Below, piece after piece: positions 1-13,014 of a stretch of 64,000 nucleotides of DNA. The translations under genes were made by a program, and so were the position numbers. The stretch is from Felis catus (lineage: Eukaryota): the NCBI RefSeq assembly GCF_018350175.1, contig NC_058368.1, positions 53,136,001-53,200,000 on the forward strand, read 5' to 3'. The first letter of the stretch is position 1, and each line of letters starts with the position of its first letter. The notes under the pieces are model-generated. The model did no database searches. It saw only the letters and a program-made list of their open reading frames with translations, and had not been told where the DNA came from.

Positions 1-1656
1 ACTGCCCTTATGTATTCATCAATATTTCTCGCTTTGTCTATCAATGTGCACTGCCTAACATACCTAAAGATAATTTATTCTAGAATATATAAATTCATTC
101 TAGAACTGTAAGTCTAATTTCCTATTTTCATTAATATTGTTACTCTTAACATGATTTGGTTTGACTAACCCAGTATCTATCAGGTCCTGGGCCTTTAGGA
201 ATAGGGCAATTTGACTTATTGTGTTAAGGTCAAACTGTGAATGTCCTGATTTGAGGGCCTAAATAGAGTTCAATTGAAATAAGATTCCTGTTTCGCTGGC
301 AGGCACATCATAGACACCATCAAATTGTATTATTTGGGAAAGCTATTTCAAATGTAGTCTCTTTTAATATGTGATCCCAAGGAGTTTCTTGGGAAGCACT
401 GAAAAATGATTAAAGGGTATATATGCAGCATCCTGGGAAGGCATGGAATTGGGCAGCATTTTGAAAGCTGACATTTTCAAACAGGGCAATAACCAAAGTA
501 TCTTAAAACACAGCCCTAGTATTTGCACACAAGCCTATAAATGATTTTCAACTTGCAAATTCTAATAATATAATAAGGTTGGGTTGTATCTGAAAACTTT
601 CCCCTTAGGTGTTATATTTCCCAAACAAAAACCCTTTAATACATGACTTTCTGTTCAAATGGTTATAAGACAACCAGAAATACAAGTAAAAGTAGTGATA
701 TTGTTTACTACAATTCCAATTTCAAGTGGAATCAAGTTTTCTGAATGGTAAGGTAATTAACAGGAAGGAAAATTTTCTAAGAAGCTGAGTGGCGGGAAAA
801 GGCATCGCTGTTAAGTGATCATAGATGATACTTTCAGTTCTTTGCCAAGGTTCAACTCTGTGCCTGGACTTTTCAAACCCTCGAACGTGTCTTGCAAAAT
901 CCAGAGCCTTTCCAACTTCATTAAGTTTCCCTTCTACACCCTCCACTGCTGTGAATTTAACTCTATTATTGAGTACTTAAAGCCCACGGAAGGATGTTAA
1001 TATTTTAAAAACAGGGTCCTGAGAATACAGCTCGAATGTTTACAATTCTGTTCTGTGGCAGCAGATTGTACTAATGTACGTAGCAAATAAGCGATGTCAG
1101 ATTGATGCAGGCGGCCCAGCTGTCTGCCCTTTGTCTGTAGGTTTAATTCCCAGAAAGGGACTGGGGTAATCCCTTTGTGATACAATCAGCTCTAGGGGTT
1201 TAGCAACTTATATTACATTATTGAAAGGATGAGGAGCTGATGATGGCTGATAACATGAAGATTGCATTAGGCAGAATATTAACCCAAACACCACTGAGCT
1301 GCTGAGCCACTTCTATTGCTAGAACATTATACACAGTTTTTGTTTTTCAAAAACAAGTTGAATTTCTCTTTGGACAAGTCTAAAGTAGCTTGGCTAGGAA
1401 GGGAGTCCATATTTAGACTCTGTGAAGATGAGTTATCTTCCATAAAGAAGATAACTTGCACAGAAAACGGGTAACAGAAAAAATTTGGAATAGAGAGTAC
1501 ATTTACATAATGTATTATATATTATATAAATTACATGTATCATACATATATATTATATACACATACTATAATAAAATACAATGTTATTTTGTAAAGTAGT
1601 CACATAAACCAATAGATTTGCCATAAATGATATTATGATTTAAAATACACATTGTG

Positions 1657-1859
1657 GGGGCACCTGGGTGGCTCAGTCAGGTAAGAGTCTAACTCAGCTC
1701 ACTATTCGTGAGTTCAAGCCCCACTTTGGGCACTGTGCTGACGGCTCAGAGCCTGGAACCTGCTTCGGATTCTGTGTCTCCCTCTCTCTCTGCTCCTCCC
1801 ACTGCTCACATTCTGTCTCTCTCTCTCTCGAAAATAAATAAACATAAAAAAAAATTAAG
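1657..1859 (+). mobile_element. CanSINE (feliform tRNA-derived SINE)
   Basis: ggggcacctgggtggctcagtc head, CT tract, aataaataaa/A tail; TSD atacacattgtg at 1645-1656 and 1860-1871. Confidence 0.95.
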
Positions 1860-2869
1860 ATACACATTGTGAAAGTATTTCCACCAAGTTACAACTTTGT
1901 CAATTATACTTCAATAAAGTTGGAATAAAATAAAATACTGGCTGCCTTTAATTTTGTAAATTTGAAACAAACTTCACTTCTTTTGAGACTGACATCATGA
2001 GATAATGTGTCTTTCCTCTAACAGATTTTTCACCAACAAAGATATTTCTGCCTTGATTTTCTGAGGGGAAGCTATGGCATGTTCTCTGAGTTAGTTAAGC
2101 AGTGCTGTGTGTGATCTTAGATCTTATAAAGAGTGGGCACTTCAGAATTTCTGGAAGCAGTCTCTTTCCTAACAGTCAATACTACTTTTCTACAAAACAG
2201 AAATCCCTCAAATAGATTGTTTAATTGGCTTTAAAAATTATTTAGGACATATTTTTCATTAAAAAATTACCTTAAATTGGTTTTTGAAAAATTGATGAGT
2301 TTATAATATGATGATTGTCAATGTGTTCATCCATTCAGAGATACCGCCAAGTGAACTGCTCAGAATGAAAATAGCCCAGAGATAGTATCAGTCACTTCTG
2401 GGAGTGAGGTAATGTTTATTTTGGGAACTTATTCTAGAGAAAGTAGGGAGAGAAAAGAAGTGAACTGGACCTCTGTCCCCAGAATCTCTGCCTAATGGCG
2501 CATCCAGTGCTGCTGATGGGAAGAAATCCAAAGTGGGTTTACTTTGCAAAGGCAAAGGCTTTGAATTTTTTATTCTCTTCCTCCTTGAAGATGAGGCATC
2601 GTCCCTTCAGTCAAGAGTTTGGGATCTTCCTGTTCAGTATCAAGTCTAATCATATTTGCAAATAAATAAACTGGCATGCCTTTCCTCCATTTTCTTATCC
2701 AAAACCTGATATCACATTCTTCAGTCAGGATGAAAAAAAATATCTTACTACTGTTAATAACTTACACAACCGTTTCTCAGTTTAGACCCTTATGACATAG
2801 ATATTTTGTGATTCATAAGTAAAAGCAAGCATCTCTTTGTTTTTTGTCTTTGTTTTGAATATTTTTAAC

Positions 2870-4431
2870 TTGTTTTTTTTTAAGTAGATTTTATTTTTTT
2901 GGAGCAGTTTTTGATTCACAGCAAAATTGAGCAGAAAGTCAGAGTTCCCATATACTCCTGCCCTTTCATACACACAGCCTTCCCCACTTTCAACACCAGA
3001 GTGGTATGCTTGTTACAGTCTATGAACCTACACTGACTTATCATTATCACCCAAAGTCCATATTTACATTAGGGTTCACTCATGGTATTGTACATTCTAT
3101 GGGTTTTCACAAATGTATAATGACATTTATCCATCATGTGGTATCTTACAGAATAGCTTCACTGCTCTAAAAATCTTCTGGGGTGTGCCTATTTATCCCT
3201 CTCTCCTTACTAACCCCTGAAAACCACTGATCTTTTTTACTGTCTCCCTAGTTTTGCCTTTCCCAGAATGTCATAAAGTTGGAATAATACAGTATGTACT
3301 CTTTTTAGATCAGCTTCTTTCACAAGTAATATGCTTTTAAGGTCCCTCCATGGCTTTTCATGGCTTGATAGATCATTTCTTTTTAGCACTGAATAATATT
3401 TCACTCTCTGGATGTCCCACAAATTGCTTATCCATTCATCTACTGAAGGGCATCTTGGTTGCTTCCAAGTTTTAGTAATTATGAACAAAGCTTCTACAAG
3501 CATCCATGTGAAAGTTTTTGTGCAGACATAAGTTTTCGGCTTCTTTGAGTGAATACCTGGGAGCATGATTGCTGGATTGTATGGTAAGAGTATGTTTAGT
3601 TTTTAAGAAACTGCCAAATGTCTTCCAAAGTGGCTGCACCATTTTACATTCCCACCAGCAACGAATGAGACTTCCAGTTGCTCCACATCCTTCCCAGTGT
3701 TTGCTGTTGCCAGTGTTCTGGATTTGGGCCATTCTAATAGGCATGGAGTGGTATCTCATTGTTTCCCTAATGACAAACAAGATGATGAGAGCATCTCTCC
3801 ACATGTTTATTTTCTCTCCACATGTTTATTTTCTATCTGTATACCTTCTTTGGTGAGGTGTCTGCTAAGGTGTAGGCCATTTTCATTTGAGTTGTTCTCT
3901 TATTGTCGAATTTGAAGAGTTCTTTGCACGTTTTAGATAATAGTCCTTTGTCACATGTCTTTCTGCTATTATTTTTTTGCAGTCTGTGACTTGTCTTCTC
4001 ATTCTCTTGACATTGTCTTTCACAGAACATAATTTTTTAATTTTAGTGAAGTCCAGCTTATCAATTGTTTCATGGATTGTGCCTTTGGTTTTGTGTCTAA
4101 AAAGTCATAGCCATACCCTCCCATGTTATCGTCTAGAAGTTAAATTGTTTTGCATTTTATGTTTCCATTTTGAATTAATTTTTGTGAAGGTCTTTGTCTA
4201 GATTCATTTTTACATTTTCATTATGTGGATGTCCATCACCATTTGTTGGAAAGACTATCTTTTCTCCATTGTATTTTTGTTGCTGCGCTGTAAAAGATCA
4301 ATTGACTATATTTGGGTTGGTCTATTTCTAGGCTCTCTATTCTGTTCCATCAATCTATTTATCTATTATTTCACTAATATCAATACCATCAAGACACACT
4401 GTCTTGATTAATAACTTTACAGTAATCCTTA
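2870..4431 (-). mobile_element. Old LINE-1 3' end and ORF2 C-terminal remnant (L1MC-like)
   Basis: Minus-strand ORF fragments resemble the L1 ORF2 C-terminus (CWWECKMVQPLWKT, WKQPRCPSVDEWI); 3'UTR resembles L1MC1 as recalled. Confidence 0.85.
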
Positions 4432-5261
4432 AAAAATTTTTTGCCAGTAAAAAACTTTATTTTCATTTTTTTTTACAAAGAATACCCCACACTTGGGGTG
4501 AAAATATATCTGGTTAAGTACAAAATATAGTTTTTATCACACAAAAAGATAAACATTTAAAACAACAACAACAAAATGAACCCAATTTCAGCCCACATAC
4601 TTTCTCAGAAAAGGGTGGAGCTCAGTGGTCTGACACAGGACAGTGAACAAAGTGCTAAGGCTGAGGGGGACGGACCAAGTGCTTAAGGGCTGCAGTGAGA
4701 GAGGGCTGTCATATCCCTGTCTCATAACACTGCGCAGGACAGGGCTGGGGGCTGTGGTGAAGGCCCGCCCACTCAGTTCTCATGGCAATGTCTGGAAGCT
4801 CTGATCACAGTGTTGGGGGCATCTTGATCTAGAGTTCCTCTTTGGGTGTGGAGAAGTCACAGTGGGCAAGGCTGATAGCAGCAACCCTTCTCACATAAGT
4901 AGAGTGTTAGAATTACAGAATTCTGTACACTGGGACAAAGTGTCAAAAGCGAGGAGGAACACCTTTTTCTTTCTTTTTTTTTTCTTTGTCATTGTGCTTA
5001 TCCCTAGAGACATAGTAGACCAGTTTTTGCTTACATTTGAGATAGGAAAAAGAATTTTTTTTGACAGGACCTAAGTGCTAAGAATTATCACCTCAGGATC
5101 AATTCCAAGGAGTCACATGAAAAAAAAAAAAACATATTCTCCCATATGAAAATGTTTACAACAGGAGAACACAGGGCAGTAGGCTCTAAAAATGGCTTTT
5201 AAGACCTTTGGTGGGGCATAGTTACAACTGCTTTAAGCCAGATTAAAGTACATTCTAAGCA
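4432..5261 (-). pseudogene. 5'-truncated processed retrocopy of an mRNA 3'UTR, inserted in the old L1
   Basis: Non-repeat sequence interrupting the L1; on the minus strand AATAAA (4456-4461) lies just upstream of an A-run (4437-4442); candidate TSD aatcctta at 4424-4431 and 5262-5269. Resembles a human housekeeping mRNA 3' end (tentatively ARCN1, unverified recollection). Confidence 0.7.
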
Positions 5262-5269
5262 AATCCTTA

Positions 5270-5405
5270 TGAACTTTTTCTCCTTCAGCATTGTATAGCC
5301 TATTCTAGATCTTTTACCTCTTCATATAAATTTTTGAATCGGCTTATTAGTATCCATAAAATAACTTGTTGGGATTTTGATTGGGATTGCAGTGGATCTA
5401 TAGAC
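5270..5405 (-). mobile_element. Continuation of the old L1 ORF2 after the retrocopy
   Basis: ctattctagatc...catataaattttt...gggattttgattgggattgc is typical antisense L1 ORF2 and is collinear with the piece ending near 4430. Confidence 0.8.
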
Positions 5406-5409
5406 AATC

Positions 5410-5910
5410 AATTAGCTTTTACTATGTGACAAACTATGTCAAAACTTAGTGGCATAAAACAACAACCATTTTATTTAGTTCATGATTTTGGGGGGCTGGC
5501 TAGGCCAATTCTACGTCTGTCTAACATGACTGGAACCAGCTGGAAAATTAATTGGGGGTTGGATGATCTAGAATGGCCTCTCCTCATGTCTGTCATTTTG
5601 CGATCTGTCAGTGGAGTGATGGTTGGTTAATGGGGCTACATGCTTCACACTATTCAGTGCACTAGCTTAACTTTCTTCACATAGTCGTACTTGCAGAGTT
5701 CCAAAACCAGTGAGTCCCAGTGTAAGTCCCAATGCACAAGCACTTTCCAAGCCAGTGCTTATGATGTATTTATTAATGTCCCTTTGAGTAAAGTAATCTT
5801 ATATGCTCAAATTCAAGAAGCAAAGAAATAAACATTACCTTTTGATTGGAACATATGTAAAGTGACCCTGGAAAGAGGCGTGCATACAAGAATGGGAAGA
5901 ATTTATGGTC
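5410..5910. mobile_element. MaLR (MLT1-like) LTR remnant
   Basis: aaaacttagtggcataaaacaacaaccattttatttagttcatgatttt motif typical of MLT1 LTRs. Confidence 0.65.
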
Positions 5911-6097
5911 ATACATATCATATGCTTCTAGGACCTATGACAGACTGAAACAACATTGTAATTGCTGACTCTAGTGGACATGTATTAGTGTTTGTGTCTG
6001 CACAGTATCTAACTGCCCTTCCTAGCTTTAGAGAACTCTCTCTTGTGCCAATCACATAGTCTTGGTAGTCTTGGTATCCAATTTGTGTGATAGACTT

Positions 6098-6398
6098 AAG
6101 TGATCAAAAGGTACAGAATTCCACTTACAAGATAAAAAAGTCCTGGGGATATAAAGTACTAATGGTGACTACAGTTAACAATATCATATTGTATATCTGA
6201 AAGTTGCTAAGAGAGTAGATCTTAAAAGTTCTCATCACAAGAAAAAAAAACTTATAACTATGTGGGTGGTGAATGCTAACTAAAGTTATTGCAGTGATCA
6301 CTTGACAAAATATACATCTATCAAATCATTATGTTGCATACTTAAAATATGTACAGTGATATATTTCAATTATATCTTGATAAACCTAGGAAAAAATT
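6098..6398 (+). mobile_element. L1 3'UTR fragment (L1MA9/10-like)
   Basis: gaaagttgctaagagagtagatcttaaaagttctcatcacaag motif ending in an A-rich tail. Confidence 0.8.
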
Positions 6399-6404
6399 AA
6401 ATAA

Positions 6405-6870
6405 GTGCCAAGGTCTTTAGAATGGATTTCCAGGTCCTACATAATAATCTAACCCTTAACCCCACCCCCAGTGTCACTGACCTTGTCACCTCCCATTATC
6501 CCCTCCCTAACTGTCCCAACCACATTGGTCTACATGTTGTTCCCCCAAATTCTTTTGTCTCAGAGCCTTTGCACTTTCCATTTTCTCAGACTGAAACACT
6601 CAACACTCTTCCTCCACATACCCACAAGATTTTCTACTATTTTTTCTTCAGTTCTCTGTGAAAAATGTCACATAAAGCCACCTTGAATATCCTATATCAA
6701 GTTGCAGCTATGTGTCCAACTCCTGACAGCTTATAACCCTTTACACTGGGGATAGAACATATTTTTCCCATAGCATTTATCATCATCTGACATATATTTA
6801 CTTTTCTTATTACCTAGAAACAGAATCTAGCCTGTGGTAGGTTCTCAATAAATATTTGCTGATTAAATAT
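6405..6870 (+). mobile_element. LINE-2 3' remnant
   Basis: Ends in ggtaggttctcaataaatatttgctgattaaat, an L2-type 3' terminus. Confidence 0.6.
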
Positions 6871-7789
6871 ATGAAAAACTGAGTGTCTGGATTCTCCATG
6901 GCAGTGGCCTATGGAAGCACTCCTACCTTTGGCATATTGTCCCTATTAGATGATAGCTTTGTACCTTCCACATCCTACTTCTTCACACCTCTGAAACTGC
7001 CCAAATTTCAAGCATAGTCCTCTAACATCCTTGATTCTGTGATTCTTGATATCCTTCCAATCAATTGCCCTCTTTGTCCTCTAAAATAGCCCGTTGGTTT
7101 CTGTTGCTTGCAGCCAAGAATCCTAATTGGCACGCTAATGTTCTGTGACCTCTGTCACTACATGCCCCCAATTTTCTTGCACAACATCCTTCTCTTAGAA
7201 CCCTCTCAATTCATCAAGTGCAATCAAATAATAGCTACATATGACCTTAAACTGGTTTTTATCTTAAGTTGAGTATGGAGTGAGAATGGAAAGTTTCTCT
7301 TTTCTAAGTTCAGGAAAGGAAGCACATGACTAACTAACTGTTCTTTGGTTGTAGTTCAAGCTATAAACTAGTAGCCACAGTTTTAAAGCCATCCAAGGCT
7401 ATCCATCTTAGATTCTCTTCAGTACTCCTGAGTGTCTGCAATCCCTAAACTCCACACTTCCTCAAATCCACTATAAGTTTACTCTTGGCTTTGTTCAGAG
7501 ATTTTGCGTTCTACAAATACAGTTCCCTCTTGCATAACAACGAATAAAAAATTATAATAAATGTAGCTTTCTTTCGTATGTATTTGAGTAATGCTCTCTT
7601 CCTTTAACAGAGGGCATTTGTTCCTCTACTGAAAACATTTTGTGGCAAAATCATAGTTAATTCAGAAGGTAGTCATCGTGTTTTCTACCTTCTTCTCTAT
7701 AAGAATTAATCAGAAGTTTGGGTAAAATATCCATGGTGTCTTCCAAGCGACCTTAAAGGGAAATGTCATAAACTTCTCAAAAGTCAAAG

Positions 7790-8339
7790 AGACTTCCAGC
7801 TTTGGTCTAGGAGGTAAAAGATGGAGAAGTTTCCTCCCAACCTAACAACAAGAGAATTCAGATAATCTACAAAATCATAACTTAATTCTTAAGTCCACCA
7901 GGGAACAGAAGCTGCGGGGCAAACAGTCTAAGATCCAAGGAAAGATAGGTGTGTTCGAGGAGAGACGGGACACTCATCCTGGCTCATTTGTAGCACACTG
8001 AGGGAGGAAGATCGGCTGCCACACGAGTGCAAAAAAAAAGAGGAGAGAATGGATAGAATAAAGGTTTGAAGAAATAATAGTTCAGAATTTTCCATAAATA
8101 ACACCACACATGAAATTACAGAGCATAGACTCTCCCACAAACAAGAAGAATCTTCATAAAAAACAAATTTAAAAAGCCCATAAGTATGTTTTATTAAAAC
8201 TGCTGAAAAGAGAAAGAGAAAATCGTGAAATAAATCAGAGAAGGAAGACAAGTTATATGTCAAAAAACAAAGGAAAGAATTACACCACACTTCTTGTGAG
8301 AAAGTATGCAATCCAAAAGAAGATAGAGTGACATCTTTA
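7790..8339 (+). mobile_element. Degraded old L1 5'/ORF1 remnant
   Basis: tttgaagaaataatagttcagaattttcc and aaaactgctgaaaag resemble L1 ORF1. Confidence 0.55.
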
Positions 8340-8565
8340 TTTTTTTTTTAATTTTTTTTTCAACGTTTATTTATTTTTGGGACAGAAAGAGACAGAGCAT
8401 GAACGGGGGAGGGGCAGAGAGAGAGAGGGAGACACAGAATCGGAAACAGGCTCCAGGCTCCGAGCCATCAGACCAGAGCCTGACGCGGGGCTCGAACTCA
8501 CAGACCGCGAGATCGTGACCTGGCTGAAGTCGGACGCTTAACCGACTGCGCCACCCAGGCGCCCC
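8340..8565 (-). mobile_element. Young feline CanSINE
   Basis: CpG-rich consensus-like body; perfect 15 bp TSD agagtgacatcttta at 8325-8339 and 8566-8580. Confidence 0.97.
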
Positions 8566-8598
8566 AGAGTGACATCTTTAAAGAGCTAAGAGAAAAAT

Positions 8599-8815
8599 GG
8601 GGTACCTGGGTGATTCAGTCAGTTAAGCGTCTGACTTTAGCTCAGGTCATGATTTTGGGATTTGTGAGTTCAAGCCCCGCGTCAGGCTCTGTGCTGACAG
8701 CTGCCTGGAGCCTGCTTCAGATTCTGTGTCTCTCTCTCTCTCTCTCTGCCCCTCCCCTGCTCACACTGTCTCTATCTCTCAAAAATAAATAAATGTAAAA
8801 AAAAATTTAAAAAAA
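8599..8815 (+). mobile_element. CanSINE
   Basis: tRNA-like head, CT tract, A tail. Confidence 0.93.
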
Positions 8816-9024
8816 GAATTAATAGATTGAAATATTCCAAGTTTAAGAAAAATTATGTGAAAAGCATATTATGGTCCTTGGGCTAATTTAAAACAATACA
8901 GACTACTTAGATGATTGTTTGATACCTGAAATCAGGCAGCAGAACTGGGTAGGTTTCTCATCAACTCCACTTACAGTTACAGGAGTCATCCTACCGAATA
9001 CCATAAAGTTATCAATGCATTGTT

Positions 9025-10650
9025 CTTAGTGACTAAAAGCCCAGACTCAAGTCAAAAAGATGTGGGTTCAAACTCTGGCTCCTCCACTTAACAGCTCTGT
9101 CAGTTTGAGCAGAACATTAAACTCTGAATCTTGGCACAAAAACAGACACATAGACCAATGGAATAGAATAGAAACCTCAGAACTAGACCCACAAACGTAT
9201 GGCCAACTCATCTTTGACAAAGCAGGAAAGAACATCCAATGGAAAAAAGACAGCCTCTTTAACAAATGGTGCTGGGAGAACTGGACAGCAACATGCAGAA
9301 GATTGAAACTAGACCACTTTCTCACACCATTCACAAAAATAAACTCAAAATGGATAAAGGACCTAAATGTGAGACAGGAAACCATCAAAACTTTAGAGGA
9401 GAAAGCAGGAAAAGACCTCTCTGACCTCAGCCGTAGCAATCTCTTACTCGACACATCCCCAAAGGCAAGGGAATTAAAAGCAAAAGTGAATTACTGGGAC
9501 CTTATGAAGATCAAAAGCTTCTGCACAGCAAAGGAAACAACCAACAAAACTAAAGGGCAACCAACAGTATGGGAAAAGATATTCGCAAATGACATATCGG
9601 ACAAAGGGCTAGTATCCAAAATCTATAAAGAGCTTACCAAACTCCACACCCGAAAAACAAATAACCCAGTGAAGAAATGGGCAGAAAACATGAATAGACA
9701 CTTCTCTAAAGAAGACATCCGGATGGCCAACAGGCACATGAAAAGATGTTCAGTGTCGCTCCTTATCAGGGAAATACAAATCAAAACCACACTCAGGTAT
9801 CACCTCACGCCAGTCAGAGTGGCCAAAATGAACAAATCAGGAGACTCTAGATGCTGGAGAGGATGTGGAGAAACGGGAACCCTCTTGCACTGTTGGTGGG
9901 AATGCAAATTGGTGCAGCCGCTCTGGAAAGCAGTGTGGAGGTTCCTCAGAAAATTAAAAATAGACCTACCCTATGACCCAGCAATAGCACTGCTAGGAAT
10001 TTATCCAAGGGATCCAGGAGTACTGATGCATAGGGCCACTTGTACCCCAATGTTCATAGCAGCACTCTCAACAATAGCCAAATTATGGAAAGAGCCTAAA
10101 TGTCCATCAACTGATGAATGGATAAAAAAATTGTGGTTTATATACACAATGGAATATTACGTGGCAATGAGAAAAAATGAAATATGGCCTTTTGTAGCAA
10201 CGTGGATGGAACTGGACAGTGTGATGCTAAGTGAAATAAGCCATACAGAGAAAGACAGATACCATATGGTTTCACTCTTATGTGGATCCTGAGAAACTTA
10301 ACAGGAACCCATGGGGGAGGGGAAGGAAAAAAAAAAAAAGAGGTTAGAGTGGGAGAGAGCCAAAGCATAAGAGACTGTTAAAAACTGAGAACAAACTGAG
10401 GGTTGATGGGGGGTGGGAGGGAGGGGAGGGTGGGTGATGGGTATTGAGGAGGGCACCTTTTGGGATGAGCACTGGGTGTTGTATGGAAACCAAATTGTCA
10501 ATAAATTTCATATATAAAAAATAAAAATAAAAAAATAAAAATAAATAAATAAAAAAAAATAAACTCTGAATCTGTCAAAGAGGATCAAAAATCCCACCTT
10601 AAGTGGTTGTTGTTGGGGTTAAATGAGGTGTATGTAAAATGCTGAACAAA
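9025..10650 (+). mobile_element. MIR remnant split by an L1 insertion (MIR parts ~9025-9131 and ~10574-10650)
   Basis: gggttcaaactctggctcctccacttaacagctctgt on the left and gttggggttaaatgaggtgtatgtaaaatgct on the right are MIR core and 3' motifs. Confidence 0.7.
9132..10559 (+). mobile_element. Young 5'-truncated LINE-1 (ORF2 C-terminus, 3'UTR, A tail)
   Basis: Uninterrupted ORF2 C-terminal frame to the stop at 10292, including the CWRGC...HCWWEC zinc-knuckle; G-rich 3'UTR; long A-rich tail; perfect TSD taaactctgaatct at 9118-9131 and 10560-10573. Confidence 0.97.
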
Positions 10651-12214
10651 AATACGCTCTCAAAAAATGGTAGTTCTGATGACTAACATGCTGTTATTTT
10701 AAGACTTGACCAACAATTAATATAGACTTGATTCAGAATACCAAAAACAAATAAAAGTGTAATTTAGATGCCGATTTTCCAGCAGCTCCTCTTTGTTAAC
10801 TTTGCCCAGAGAAGTTAGTCGTTAGTAGGAATTGTGGTACAAAGCTGGAGTGATTTTTATTTCACTGTAATTGAAATCAGGGAGCCCCTCTGAGTCTCAT
10901 AAGATCTCGAGTACAAGTGACTTGGCGGGTACCACCATATAGATCAATTACTAATGTGTCATTTGTCACTGGTAACTAAAATAATATTCAAAGTTTGCAA
11001 AGTGTCTTAAATCCTTCCATACAAAACACATACAGATCTCACGTGTTAGGATTTAATAAAATAATCCCAAAGATAATGATAAATTTCATTTAAAAAGTCA
11101 ACATTTGTAATTGTACTTATAACTATATTGTTAAATAGTTTTGTTGGCATGCACTTCTAATTTTATAGTACAATACATAGTTTCAATTTATTAAGTTATA
11201 GTGATCTGTAGCATGGATAGGGAAAATACAAATATATTAAAGGCCCTTGTATTTTTTCTGTACATGTAAAATATCAATATGAAACTATATATGTTTGTAT
11301 TTGTCCCTGATTGTAGTTCCATAAGTATAACTTTCAGAAATCAAGTTTCTTCAGTATCCTGTAAATGCCATATAAATGAACTACCGTGTTTTCTCTTTTT
11401 CTCTGCTTTATGGTTATTCAACAAACTTCCAAGAATATTGAGCATCCATTCTGTGTAAGACGTTTTGTTCCGTGCAAAGTAAAACTAGCAGCACACTATT
11501 AAAATGGTCTAAATATAGGCTACTTTTTGAACTGCACTTAAAGAATCAAGACCAAATGTTATCACATTAAATAAGAACTTCATTTAATAGAGAGTTAAAA
11601 AGAAAACTCATTTCAAAGCCATTTTTGGCTCTTATTTACTTCTTTAATGAAGCAGAGGCTCTCCTTTGTGAGCAAGATGGTGATATGCAGCAACTGATAA
11701 CTCAAATGACTAAATAATAAAGGAGATGGGATATGTCGTGCATTATCTTACACTGAAGTACTGATAGAAGATGATTTGCTAGAGGTCATGTTTTGCAAGA
11801 ATAATATGTTCCGTGATTTCATTGTGCTACTACTTTTCTGACTTTTGAACTGATTGGTGCCCACACTACAAAGAAATGTGAAAGCTCTTTTCCCAAAATG
11901 ACAAAGTCACTTTTTAAAGAAAAAAGATGCATGCATACTGCATTAGGTCACTGTCTATCTGCTTTTCTCAAGGATGTTAATCACAAATCACTGACTTTAG
12001 TTATCATCGGATCCCAACTCTTTATTTTGTAGATAAAGTTATTGAATGATAAAGAGGCTATGACTCAACTATGGTCAAACAGACATTTACTGAGACCCAC
12101 AGAATCACAATCTTCCTGGCCAGGGCTTCGGCATCTGCATTTGTGCAACTTTGCTGTTGATTGTGATAATCAAGGAGAGAGGAAAACCATGAGTCTGGCA
12201 GGAAATACTGTACC

Positions 12215-12435
12215 CACGTGAGTTTGCATTCAGACAGACCTGAGTTTCAGATCCATCTATCACTTACTGTATTGTGATCTTGGTAAGTTCTTTGTCTCTC
12301 AAAATCCTGGTATTTGTTCATATATAAAATGAGAATAAGACCTGCCATATGGTGTTTATGTAAGGATTAAAAGCAACATGTATGTTAAATGTATTGTACA
12401 GTGCTTGGTACATGACAAATGCTTACAAATAATAG
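12215..12435 (+). mobile_element. MIR remnant
   Basis: cagacagacctgagtttcagatcc...tataaaatgagaataa...gtaaggattaaa...cagtgcttggtacat. Confidence 0.7.
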
Positions 12436-12783
12436 CTTTTGACTGCTTAACCCCTCTGCACCTTCGATGAGCTGTTACTTTCTTCCACCCCTCTTAATCA
12501 TGAAGTGTCTCCTCTCCTGGTCTCTAGGATGGCATTCTTTCCTCATTATCCCACCTGACGTCTCCTCACTTTCCTCCACTGTTATCTTCCTCTACCCTCC
12601 ATAAAATGTGAGCATTCTCCAGGATTCAGTCCTCCATTCTCTTCTCTGAATTTTTCTAGATCTCTGTTTTCCACATGATGTCAAGTAACATGTATTTGAC
12701 AAACATCCTTAAATTCCTATCTTTAGTTCTGCCATATCTTGAGTTCCAGAAGAACATTTCAAACTGTAATTAGGAGTGTTCAG

Positions 12784-13014
12784 TGGCACCTAGGTGGTTC
12801 ACTCAGTTAAACATCTGACTCTTGATTTCTGCTCAGGTCATGATCTCATAGTTCATGGGATCAAGCCCTGCTCTGGGCTCTGTGCTAACAGCACAGTGCC
12901 TGCTAGGGATTCTCTCTCTTTCTATCACTTCCCTCCCCCCTGCTTGTACTTGCTCATGGGCTCTCTCTCTCTCTCTCTCAGTAAATAAATAAGCTTTTTT
13001 TTTAATTTTAAAAA
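12784..13014 (+). mobile_element. CanSINE (older)
   Basis: SINE head and CT tract; TSD gagtgttcag at 12774-12783 and 13015-13024. Confidence 0.92.

Noticed and set aside
722..1185. Short 61-74 aa ORFs in unique sequence
   Set aside because: No recognisable homology or convincing splice context.
1657..1740. tRNA-like A and B boxes in SINE heads
   Set aside because: CanSINEs are tRNA-derived; each head continues into a SINE body and tail, so they are not tRNA genes.
2339..2408. Plus-strand candidate exon ending gag|gtaatg
   Set aside because: Weak acceptor and stops in all three frames.
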